The notes under the pieces are model-generated. The model ran no database searches and was not told the origin of the DNA. It worked only from the letters and a program-made list of their open reading frames with translations. This document shows positions 48,583 to 56,332 of a stretch of 64,000 nucleotides of DNA, piece by piece; the stretch's first letter is position 1; the number at the start of each line of letters is the position of its first letter. The position numbers and the translations under genes are program-made. Source of the DNA: Candidatus Kuenenbacteria bacterium (GTDB taxonomy: Bacteria > Patescibacteriota > Patescibacteriia > UBA11705 > JABHMO01); the NCBI GenBank assembly GCA_013202715.1, contig JABMRF010000007.1:72566-136565 (forward strand), written 5' to 3'.

Positions 48583-48696
48583 ATATTAGTATTATAGCAA
48601 ATTATTTTGTAACTTGCTACACGTAATTTGCCTTTGGCGTAATTTAACTTCGTTGTAATTGATTGTACTTACTACCAATTACCTAATTACAATTAA

Positions 48697-50223
48697 TTAC
48701 ATCAATTTCGTTATCGCTAAATTAATCCGTTCGACCGTTTTTTCCTTGCCAAGAGCCTGTGCGATTTCAAACGGATCAGGAGAGTTGTCCCTCCCTGACA
48801 GAGCATAGCGCATTGGCCAGAGCATACTGCCGGTATCGATGTTATTTTCCTGAAGGAGGGCCGTAATAAGTTTTTTGAGATTTTCACTTGAAAAATCAGA
48901 TTCATTGATTTCATTCAGTAGCTTTTCAAGTAGTTTGAGGTTTTTAAGACTGTCAGTTTTATTTGATTTTTTCCAGACCAGTTTTTTTGGGTCATAATCA
49001 AGTTCTTTTTTGAAAAAGAATTCGAGAACTTCTCCCACTTCAGTAAATTTTTTTATTCTGGTTTGTTCCAGCGCCAGTATATTTTTTAAATAAGAAGATT
49101 TTATTTCTTCACCAGTATCTTTGATAACAAGTTTTTTGTTTTTTTCAATAATCAACTTTGCTTCAATTAAATATGGTAAACATTGTTCATAAAAATCATC
49201 AAGTGACAATTTTCTAATGTACATACCATTGATCCAGTCAAGTTTATCAACATCAAATACAGCACCAGATTTGTGGACATTATCGAGGCTAAACTGTTTT
49301 GTTAATTCATTCAAGGTATAAATTTCCTGTTCTGTCCCTGCGTTCCAACCGAGTAGAGCAATGAAATTAATAATCGCCTCTTTCAAATAACCTTTGTCAA
49401 TAAAGTCCTGAACTGAGACATCGCCGTCACGTTTACTCAGTTTTTTTCCATTTTTATTTAACAAAACCGGTAAATGAGCAAACACAGGCGCGTGCCAACC
49501 AAACGCTTCATAAAGTAGCGCATGTTTTGGCGTTGAGGCAATCCATTCATCACCGCGCAGGACGTGCGTGATTTTCATCAGATGATCATCTACGATGTTG
49601 GCAAAATGATATGTTGGAAAGCCGTCAGATTTTATGAGAACATAATCATCCATGTCTTTTGTTTTTACACTGATCTGGCCACGAATAAGATCCTCAAAAA
49701 TAACCTGTTTGTTTTCCGGCATCTTGAATCTGATCACGTGGGGTGTTCCGGAATTTAGTAGAGATTGAACTTCAGTTTTTGACAAGTTTCGGCAGAAGCC
49801 GTCATATTTTGGTGGCAGTTTTTGTTTGCGCTGTTCATCTCTCAGATCATCAATTCTTTGTTTTGTGCAAAAACAATAGTAGGCCTTATTTTTGTCCAAT
49901 AATGTTTTGATGTGTGTATTATAAATATCTAGACGCGCAGACTGAGTGTATGGTCCGAATTCTCCGCGTTCTTTTACTTTGTTGTCTTTTGTTAAATATG
50001 GGCCCTCCTCCCCTTCTATCCCCGCCCATTGTAGAGATTGAAGTAAATTTTCAATAGCTCCTGGCACAAGTCTTGACTGGTCTGTGTCTTCGATTCTAAT
50101 TATAAACTTGCCTTTTTCGTGGATTGCAAAGAGGTAATTATAGAGGATTGTGCGTAAATTGCCGACATGTACAAATCCGGTTGGACTTGGTGCAATTCGG
50201 ACGCGAATGATTGATGATTTCAT
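48697..50223 (-). CDS. gltX: Glutamyl-tRNA synthetase
   Basis: Class I core: RIAPSPTGFVHVGNLRT (HIGH-like) and KLSKRDG (KMSKS). Confidence 0.9.
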   Translation of the reverse strand: MKSSIIRVRIAPSPTGFVHVGNLRTILYNYLFAIHEKGKFIIRIEDTDQSRLVPGAIENLLQSLQWAGIEGEEGPYLTKDNKVKERGEFGPYTQSARLDIYNTHIKTLLDKNKAYYCFCTKQRIDDLRDEQRKQKLPPKYDGFCRNLSKTEVQSLLNSGTPHVIRFKMPENKQVIFEDLIRGQISVKTKDMDDYVLIKSDGFPTYHFANIVDDHLMKITHVLRGDEWIASTPKHALLYEAFGWHAPVFAHLPVLLNKNGKKLSKRDGDVSVQDFIDKGYLKEAIINFIALLGWNAGTEQEIYTLNELTKQFSLDNVHKSGAVFDVDKLDWINGMYIRKLSLDDFYEQCLPYLIEAKLIIEKNKKLVIKDTGEEIKSSYLKNILALEQTRIKKFTEVGEVLEFFFKKELDYDPKKLVWKKSNKTDSLKNLKLLEKLLNEINESDFSSENLKKLITALLQENNIDTGSMLWPMRYALSGRDNSPDPFEIAQALGKEKTVERINLAITKLM

Positions 50224-50227
50224 ATTG

Positions 50228-50302
50228 ATAGTCTAGAGTCTTGAGTCAATAGTCAAAAGTCGGAAATCTAACTCAGGACTTTTGACTCTAGACTTTTGAC
50301 TT
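50228..50302. repeat. Palindromic AGTC/GACT repeat cluster (copy 2)
   Basis: tagtctagagtcttgagtcaatagtcaaaagtc ... caggacttttgactctagacttttgac; same family as 13808-13884. Confidence 0.7.
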
Positions 50303-50408
50303 TATTATAGCGTAATTATATTTAATAGTAAATAGCCTTATGTTAGCTAAAACTAACGGGTTACCTAGTGTAAATTTAGATAATTTTATGAATATTAATT
50401 CATAGGTA

Positions 50409-50438
50409 TTGACAAATTTTTGAAACTATGCTATAATG
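50409..50438 (+). promoter_or_regulatory. Promoter TTGACA-18-TGcTATAAT driving the GC-rich gene
   Basis: AT-rich host-type promoter directly upstream of a 60% GC CDS. Confidence 0.55.
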
Positions 50439-50571
50439 CTGTATCAATTGGTTCTTTGAAAAATCGCTTGAGTACAACAGAAAGACCTTATTTACAATTA
50501 TCTATTGTATGTAGCGTCTTTTTGTTGTGTCGAGAGTCAACAATTTTTCAAAACCTTAATTGGAGGAAAGC

Positions 50572-52281
50572 ATGAAGAACGGAGAAAAGACGCTGAATGG
50601 AATCGTTGGTCTGTACAAGGAGTTTGGTCCCGACCTTCCGGTCGTGACCATCCAGGGAGTGCAGGTTGTCCGTCTGCCCAGCACCGTGACGGTGCTGGCG
50701 GACATGAAGGACGAGACGGTCCTCCAGCCCCTCAACCAGGCGAGGATTTTCCACGCCACTGACAGGCAGGGACAGTTTTTCCTGCTCCTCACCGAGGATG
50801 GCGCTGCCAAGATGGCATCGCTCATCGCAGAGGACCGGAACACCCGGGGTGAGGTTCTGACCGTGGCCGACGGCTACACCAAGTTCGTCACCTACACGGT
50901 GGCCATGGCAGCGGCAGCCGCCGCAGCCAAAGCCAAGAAGGCGGCAGCGGAAGCCAAGTCCCAGGCCAAGGCAGCAGCCACAGCCAAGCGGCTCGAGTCT
51001 TACAAGCTCATGGACCTGATCCGGTTCGGGCAGAGGGACTGCGTCCTCCTGCCCTCGGACGAGGTGGCGGAGATCCCGCTGCTAAAGGTCAAGCCCCTCC
51101 TGGGGACCATGGCTTCGTTCGTGAGGACCAAGCTGGAGGCAGTGGCCGAGCAGTACGAGGCCGACTACTCAACAGCTATCGCCGAGGCGCAGAAGGACAA
51201 GCCCTTCGCGCACGGCGGAGAGCTGGTCGACTGGGAGCGGGAGTTCCGTGCCCAGTGGGCTGACAAGAATGGCAAGTCCGCCCCGACGATGTGGGGTATG
51301 ACGGTTCTTCTCAGAAACTTCGACGATTACGGCGAGTTCGCCATGATCATCCGGTCGGATGACAAGGAGGCCATTCTGGGTCTCACCGGTTCGAGGTTGA
51401 TCTCTATGGGCGAGCCCATGCACTGGAGGCTCCGGAAGAAGTACTTCTTCGATCCGCGCGCAAAGGCGGCAGAAGAGGCGCGGAAGCTGGAGGCCAAGCT
51501 GGCTCGGGAAGCCAGGGCCAAGGAATCAGCGGAAAAGCTGCAGACCAAGGTCGAGGCCATGAAGGCCACCGGCAAGAACTTCCACACGTGTCAGGGCGAT
51601 ACCGTCTGGACACCTGTGGAATCCTTCGTGCGGATGTCCATGGACGATCTCGTCGTCTGCCCCGTCCTGGGGGAGATGAGCGAGGATGACGTCCTGGCCT
51701 GTATGGACGAGAAGTTCGTCGATGCGTACGAGTCCGCTCTGGACCAGGCGCAGAAGGCCGGCCCTCTCGGCGTGAAGGACTACTTCTCGTTCGAGGGGAA
51801 GTTCCGGAACGAGTATGCGAAGTCCAGCGGTGGTGCCACTCCCGGACTGGCGGACTTCGTCGTGGTGACGCGATACTTCCGTCGGGAAGGCGTGTGTTGC
51901 GCGGTCGTTCACAGGGACGATCTCGCGGCATTCAAGGCCATCGCGGGCAAGGGGACGAACCCCAACACCCGGGAGACCTACGAAGTTCCTCTTCGGGATC
52001 ACAGTGATCCCTTCTGGTGGATGCTCCGAAAGGAGCACTTCTTCGATCCCCTTTCCCAGCGAAAGGATCAGGAGAGGCAGGCAGAAGAAGAGGTCGTCGC
52101 GGTCCGGAAAGAACAGACGTTCGACCAGATGGGTGATCTCATCGGCGCTGAGCGACTGAAGGAGATGCGCGCATCGTTGGCTTCGGCCGACGAGGTCATC
52201 GATGATCACAAGTCTGCCGGCCGGCAGAAGTGGGACCGCCGGAAGAACGGTGGCGGCAAGAACCGCGGCAAGCGCGGCTAG
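50572..52281 (+). CDS. Hypothetical protein of foreign composition (~60% GC) with internal duplication, poly-Ala/Lys segments and a K/R/G-rich tail
   Basis: GGAGGA RBS; repeated P(M/F)xW(R/M)LRK(K/E)(Y/H)FFDP motif at two positions; AMAAAAAAAKAKKAAAEAK; C-terminal KWDRRKNGGGKNRGKRG. Confidence 0.6.
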   Translation: MKNGEKTLNGIVGLYKEFGPDLPVVTIQGVQVVRLPSTVTVLADMKDETVLQPLNQARIFHATDRQGQFFLLLTEDGAAKMASLIAEDRNTRGEVLTVADGYTKFVTYTVAMAAAAAAAKAKKAAAEAKSQAKAAATAKRLESYKLMDLIRFGQRDCVLLPSDEVAEIPLLKVKPLLGTMASFVRTKLEAVAEQYEADYSTAIAEAQKDKPFAHGGELVDWEREFRAQWADKNGKSAPTMWGMTVLLRNFDDYGEFAMIIRSDDKEAILGLTGSRLISMGEPMHWRLRKKYFFDPRAKAAEEARKLEAKLAREARAKESAEKLQTKVEAMKATGKNFHTCQGDTVWTPVESFVRMSMDDLVVCPVLGEMSEDDVLACMDEKFVDAYESALDQAQKAGPLGVKDYFSFEGKFRNEYAKSSGGATPGLADFVVVTRYFRREGVCCAVVHRDDLAAFKAIAGKGTNPNTRETYEVPLRDHSDPFWWMLRKEHFFDPLSQRKDQERQAEEEVVAVRKEQTFDQMGDLIGAERLKEMRASLASADEVIDDHKSAGRQKWDRRKNGGGKNRGKRG

Positions 52282-52325
52282 CTACCCAAACCTACCTAGG
52301 GACGTCCGTCCCAAAAGTCCCCCCC

Positions 52326-52360
52326 GCACTCGGGGGGGACATTTTTTTTGTCCGGATTTA
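52326..52360 (+). terminator. Rho-independent terminator (C7/G7 stem)
   Basis: gtccccccc gcactc gggggggac + TTTTTTTT. Confidence 0.85.
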
Positions 52361-52468
52361 AAAGGGGGCTCCATAGTTGCGGAGCACTGTGGAGTCCATA
52401 TAGGGATGTTTTAACGGTGATTTTGTGGAAGTTCTTTAAATTTTCCAACAGGACTATGGAGCCCCCTT
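52361..52468. repeat. ~108-nt element bounded by 16-17-bp perfect inverted repeats (possibly MITE-like or a structured RNA)
   Basis: aagggggctccatagt (52361-52377) ... actatggagccccctt (52452-52468) with internal ggagtccata/tatggagcc pairing. Confidence 0.55.
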
Positions 52469-52510
52469 TACTTTGTGTTTTTTGCGATTTTGCCTGTTTC
52501 GCGCTTTTGC

Positions 52511-52545
52511 GTTTATAGCTTGACAACTTAGCAATTTATACCTAT
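52511..52545 (+). promoter_or_regulatory. Promoter TTGACA-17-TATACT
   Basis: ttgacaacttagcaatttatacctatact upstream of the 52612 gene. Confidence 0.5.
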
Positions 52546-52611
52546 ACTAAGAAAAAGGACATGTTCGTTAAATTTGAGCCCCATGTTGCTAATTTGACTA
52601 GAGGAGGCTTG

Positions 52612-53286
52612 ATGATAAGGGTAAGTAAATCAAACTTGGTTTCGCCAATAAGCGATGCGTTTTGGCCGGTGTTTTTCTCAAGTGAATTGATTGTTCGTTT
52701 CGTTGCTCAGGCAGTTTGTTTTGCCTTGTGCGATAAAAAGAAAAAACCACAATTGATTTTTGTTTATCCATATGAAGGGTCTTCGAGTCGACCGACCGCT
52801 GGTCAGCTTTTGCAAGTTTTTCAGAACTGCAAAGATCCTTGGCGAGAGTTTAGACCATTTGCTCTGCCGGTAAAAATGTCTGACCTTCTCGATCTGACCG
52901 GCGTGAATATTGAATGTGTCCAGGATGATTCGCGAGAAGTGGTTATTCTGTATGCGAACAAACAACCGAAGGATGAAATTGATTTCTCTGATTCGATGCT
53001 TGTTAGCGGGTATGCAAAGGCCGATCTTATTGATATGAGATCGTGGCCAGAAAACCCGGAAGAATATACGGTTCATTCTGCGGGATTTGAACCTGATGGA
53101 TGGAACTCTGAACATTACAGGCTTTTCGTAGAAAACTACGTTGTTCAAGGGGATCATATTTGCAGGATTCTCGCCTTAGCCAGAATTGGCTGTGAGGTTG
53201 AACTCTCCCCCACTGTGCGTATCAACGCCAGGTCCAAGATCATGATTAACCCTCCAATCAAAGACGAACATCGAATTGTTCACTAG
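52612..53286 (+). CDS. Hypothetical protein (~45% GC)
   Basis: GGAGG RBS 6 nt upstream of the ATG at 52612; 224 aa; no motif. Confidence 0.45.
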   Translation: MIRVSKSNLVSPISDAFWPVFFSSELIVRFVAQAVCFALCDKKKKPQLIFVYPYEGSSSRPTAGQLLQVFQNCKDPWREFRPFALPVKMSDLLDLTGVNIECVQDDSREVVILYANKQPKDEIDFSDSMLVSGYAKADLIDMRSWPENPEEYTVHSAGFEPDGWNSEHYRLFVENYVVQGDHICRILALARIGCEVELSPTVRINARSKIMINPPIKDEHRIVH

Positions 53287-53292
53287 GAAATA

Positions 53293-53326
53293 AAAAGTCC
53301 CCCATCACTGGGGGCATTTTTCTTTT
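53293..53326. terminator. Bidirectional terminator
   Basis: gtccccc atcact gggggc flanked by A/T runs. Confidence 0.7.
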
Positions 53327-53336
53327 AAATATATAT

Positions 53337-54533
53337 CTATAAGTGTGCAATAATCTTTTTTGCGAATTCTTGACGGTGTGGATGAATGAATTGTAATATT
53401 TCATCTTTGCTCACCCACTTGATTTCCTCAACCTCTTCTGAATCTGAAAAGTCAATGTTTGAATCCTTACCTTGGAACTCCAACAGAAAGGCGGTTTGTT
53501 CTTGGCCTTTGAAACCTTTTAAAAGATTTTGATATTCAGCTGGATTGTCGTATCTGTGTTGTTCTGGGATTTTTTTTATTAATTTAAATAATTTTTCTGA
53601 CGCCCCAACCTCTTCGCTTGATTCTCGAACTACCGCTGTTTCTGGGGTTTCTTCTTGGTCAACTCCGCCTTGAGGAAATTGCCAATGATTTTTTCCAAAG
53701 CGTGGGTTTCTTATTATTAAAAATTTCCCTTCTTTGTTTTTAGTTACTCCAATGACATTTTGCCTGTATTCTGACTGAATTCTTTTTTTCCATTTGTGAC
53801 AAACAAGTAAGAAATCAGCTGTGGCGTTTTTGATTCGTTTCAATCGGCTTGGTTCCTGATAAAGTCGATAGGCCCATTCCAATCCCGAATCGCGAACAAG
53901 TTTTGGCGCTCGCTTGATTTTTTCTGTCAGAAAATCAATACTTCCACCTATTCCAATTGCGACTTTTACACCTGGAATTAGTTTTATATATTTGTTGATC
54001 CAAAACTCTTGTGCCGGCGCGCCCAAAGTTACAAATAGTATTTTTGGTCCAAAGGTATTGATAGAATTTAAAACTTCATCACAATTGTCTGGGTTTTTTA
54101 TGTCGATCTGGCTGATTTGGAAGTTTAGTTTTGGATATTTTTCCTTGAATAGTTTTTTTATGTCAGCTTCAGTGGACAGGGAGTCGTTTCTTAGAACGAT
54201 GAAGACTTTAGTTTCTGTATCTTTATATTTTTCCAAAATTTCTTTTGTTAAGTCTGAGCCTGCCACCCTGTTCTCGAGAGTTTCACCCAGAATCTTGGCG
54301 CCAAGTTTCAAACCGATCCCGTCAGGGATGTTTATATCGGCTCGATTCAAAACGTGTCGGTACTCATCATCTTTTTCCGCTTTTAGGCAGATTTCTGGAT
54401 TTGGAGTATATATTTTGTGCTGGTCATTGGAATTTAAAAATTGGTCAATTTTTTGTAATACAAAATCCATTGGCTGGTCGGTGATTTGAACGCCGAGGAT
54501 AATTGATTTGTTTTGGAACTCGGGAGGACGCAT
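53337..54533 (-). CDS. Fusion protein: WecG/TagA/CpsF-family glycosyltransferase (N-terminal) plus NUDIX hydrolase (C-terminal)
   Basis: N-terminal half matches WecB/TagA/CpsF-type glycosyltransferases (TPNPEICLKAEKDDEYRHVLNRADINIPDGIGL). C-terminal Nudix box GGVDQEETPETAVVRESSEEVG. Confidence 0.7.
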   Translation of the reverse strand: MRPPEFQNKSIILGVQITDQPMDFVLQKIDQFLNSNDQHKIYTPNPEICLKAEKDDEYRHVLNRADINIPDGIGLKLGAKILGETLENRVAGSDLTKEILEKYKDTETKVFIVLRNDSLSTEADIKKLFKEKYPKLNFQISQIDIKNPDNCDEVLNSINTFGPKILFVTLGAPAQEFWINKYIKLIPGVKVAIGIGGSIDFLTEKIKRAPKLVRDSGLEWAYRLYQEPSRLKRIKNATADFLLVCHKWKKRIQSEYRQNVIGVTKNKEGKFLIIRNPRFGKNHWQFPQGGVDQEETPETAVVRESSEEVGASEKLFKLIKKIPEQHRYDNPAEYQNLLKGFKGQEQTAFLLEFQGKDSNIDFSDSEEVEEIKWVSKDEILQFIHPHRQEFAKKIIAHL

Positions 54534-54624
54534 ATAGAAAAATAATTTCTACCCCACTTTCTGCGATCGCCGTAATTTTATATGAAGGCGATAGTGGGCT
54601 CACTAATGCTACCAGTTGAGCTGA

Positions 54625-55170
54625 CTAGAAGTCAGGCGGAAATTTTTTTAAAATTGAATAAATTGGGCCGGCTGGGGTAAGGTCGCTCTTTATAAGTTCA
54701 ATGGATTTCACCGTAAAGGAGAGTGCCTCAGTTTCCACTTGGTATCGAAGTTTGGCGCTGGCAGTTTTGATTCGTCCTAAAGTGATATGTGGCAAGAACG
54801 GACGATTGTCCACCTCAAGACCATTTTTTTGAAAAATATCTTTTACCGCTTCATGAATTTTTTTAAGTTTTTTTTCTGGGTCTAATATCTTAATTTTAAT
54901 TACCCGAGGTTTTTCTTTATTTGGGAATGATCCCGGCCTCTCAAGCGTCAAAATTAAATTCTCCGGAACACTAATGGATTCTAGATCTGTCTTTATCTTG
55001 TTTAGGGCTGCCTCTTTAATATTTTCAATAAAACCCAGAGTCAAGTGCAGATTCTCTGGCTCGACCCACTTGATGTTGACCCTCTGGTTTTCTTTGTCAA
55101 TTTTAAAAATAAGATCTTCGAGGTAATCCTGGACTTCTTTCGGTAAATTTATAGCTAGAAATGCTCGCAT
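54625..55170 (-). CDS. thpR: RNA 2',3'-cyclic phosphodiesterase (2H family, ThpR/LigT)
   Basis: Two H-x-T-x motifs (HLTLGFI; HITLGRI) at the correct spacing; 181 aa. Confidence 0.75.
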   Translation of the reverse strand: MRAFLAINLPKEVQDYLEDLIFKIDKENQRVNIKWVEPENLHLTLGFIENIKEAALNKIKTDLESISVPENLILTLERPGSFPNKEKPRVIKIKILDPEKKLKKIHEAVKDIFQKNGLEVDNRPFLPHITLGRIKTASAKLRYQVETEALSFTVKSIELIKSDLTPAGPIYSILKKFPPDF

Positions 55171-55215
55171 AATGTGATTGAATAATAGCATATTATCTGG
55201 TAAAATGGAAGTGAA

Positions 55216-55262
55216 GATAAGTTGTCCCGCGCGGCGGGATCCCGCTACGCGGGATAAGTTGT
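55216..55262. repeat. GC-rich 30-nt tandem-hairpin mini-element (copy 2) flanked by the 10-bp direct repeat GATAAGTTGT
   Basis: gataagttgt-cccgcgcggcgggatcccgctacgcgg-gataagttgt. Confidence 0.65.
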
Positions 55263-55293
55263 AGAGTTGTAAATAGCAATTTGGAAATAAAAT

Positions 55294-56172
55294 ATGAAAG
55301 AAGCACTACTTTATACAAAGGAATCAAATAGGATCGTTCACTGCCTTTGCTGTGAGCATCATTGTGTTATTCGGAATGGTGCCGTGGGTGTTTGTAATGT
55401 TCGGAAAAATGAGGATGGTAAACTGTACAGTTTAGTTTACGGAAAAATAATTGCTCAGCATGTGGATCCGATTGAAAAAAAGCCACTCTATCATTTTCTA
55501 AAAGGTTCACTCACCTATTCGATCGCCACAGTTGGTTGTAATTTCAAATGTAAGCATTGTCAAAATGCGGACATTGCGCAGTTCAGGGAGCACGTTGGTG
55601 AGGAGGACTGGATTCCCGGCGCTCTATTAAAGCCTGTTGATATTGTCCGATTTGCCGGGGAAAATAACTGCGAGAGCATTGCCTATACTTATACAGAGCC
55701 AACGATATTTGTCCAGTTTGCGCTCGAAACAATGAAGCTGGCGCGCCAAGCTGGATTGAAAAATGTTTGGGTGTCAAACGGATACTTTTCAAATGATACT
55801 TTTGAATTGATAAAATATTATTTGGATGCGATTAATATTGATCTTAAGTTTTTCAATGACCTGACTTACAAACAGATTTGCGGGGCGAAGTTGGAGCCGG
55901 TTTTGCGAAGCATCCGCTCGTGTGTTGCAAATAATATTCACACTGAAGTTACAACTCTTGTGATTCCTGGGATGAACGACAGCAATACTGAGCTTCATCG
56001 GATTGCAGATTTTCTGTACAATGTTGACCCGGAAATTGTTTGGCATTTGTCCGCATTTTACCCTGCGAGTGAAATGAAGGATGTTTCCCCTACTTCGATC
56101 GGAACTCTGAACCGAGCCTTGAAAATTGGCTTAGCCGCAGGCCTGAAAAACGTGTATTTAGGGAATGTTTAG
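55294..56172 (+). CDS. Radical SAM enzyme of the AmmeMemoRadiSam / PflA-like activase type
   Basis: CNFKCKHCQN (CxxxCxxC); upstream DPIEKKPLYHF and an N-terminal Cys-rich segment (HCLCCEHHCVIRNGAVGVC), characteristic of the AmmeMemoRadiSam-system radical SAM family. Confidence 0.65.
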   Translation: MKEALLYTKESNRIVHCLCCEHHCVIRNGAVGVCNVRKNEDGKLYSLVYGKIIAQHVDPIEKKPLYHFLKGSLTYSIATVGCNFKCKHCQNADIAQFREHVGEEDWIPGALLKPVDIVRFAGENNCESIAYTYTEPTIFVQFALETMKLARQAGLKNVWVSNGYFSNDTFELIKYYLDAINIDLKFFNDLTYKQICGAKLEPVLRSIRSCVANNIHTEVTTLVIPGMNDSNTELHRIADFLYNVDPEIVWHLSAFYPASEMKDVSPTSIGTLNRALKIGLAAGLKNVYLGNV

Positions 56173-56177
56173 TTTGT

Positions 56178-56203
56178 AGGTAAAATGTAAAAGTTAAAAG
56201 TAT
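56178..56203. repeat. 26-nt post-stop direct repeat AGGTAAAATGTAAAAGTTAAAAGTAT (copy 1)
   Basis: Recurs at 58949-58982 directly after the clpB stop. Confidence 0.7.
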
Positions 56204-56231
56204 GGACCCTGGAATGGGTTTTTAAAAATAC

Positions 56232-56259
56232 TTGACAAATTTCTAATTTCTTATATACT
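56232..56259 (+). promoter_or_regulatory. Promoter TTGACA-16-TATACT for clpB
   Basis: Consensus -35; about 70-nt leader. Confidence 0.5.
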
Positions 56260-56332
56260 GGGGTTGGCACTCTCTACTTCCGACTGCCAATATTACTATC
56301 AACTTTTACATAATAACTTTTACCTAATTTCT

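Noticed and set aside
50548-52209. Multiple minus-strand ORFs (50548-50754, 50556-50843, 51169-51423, 51327-51587, 51404-51931, 51526-52209) inside the GC-rich gene
   Set aside because: High GC suppresses stop codons in all frames; the products are R/P/S-rich nonsense and lack starts with RBS.
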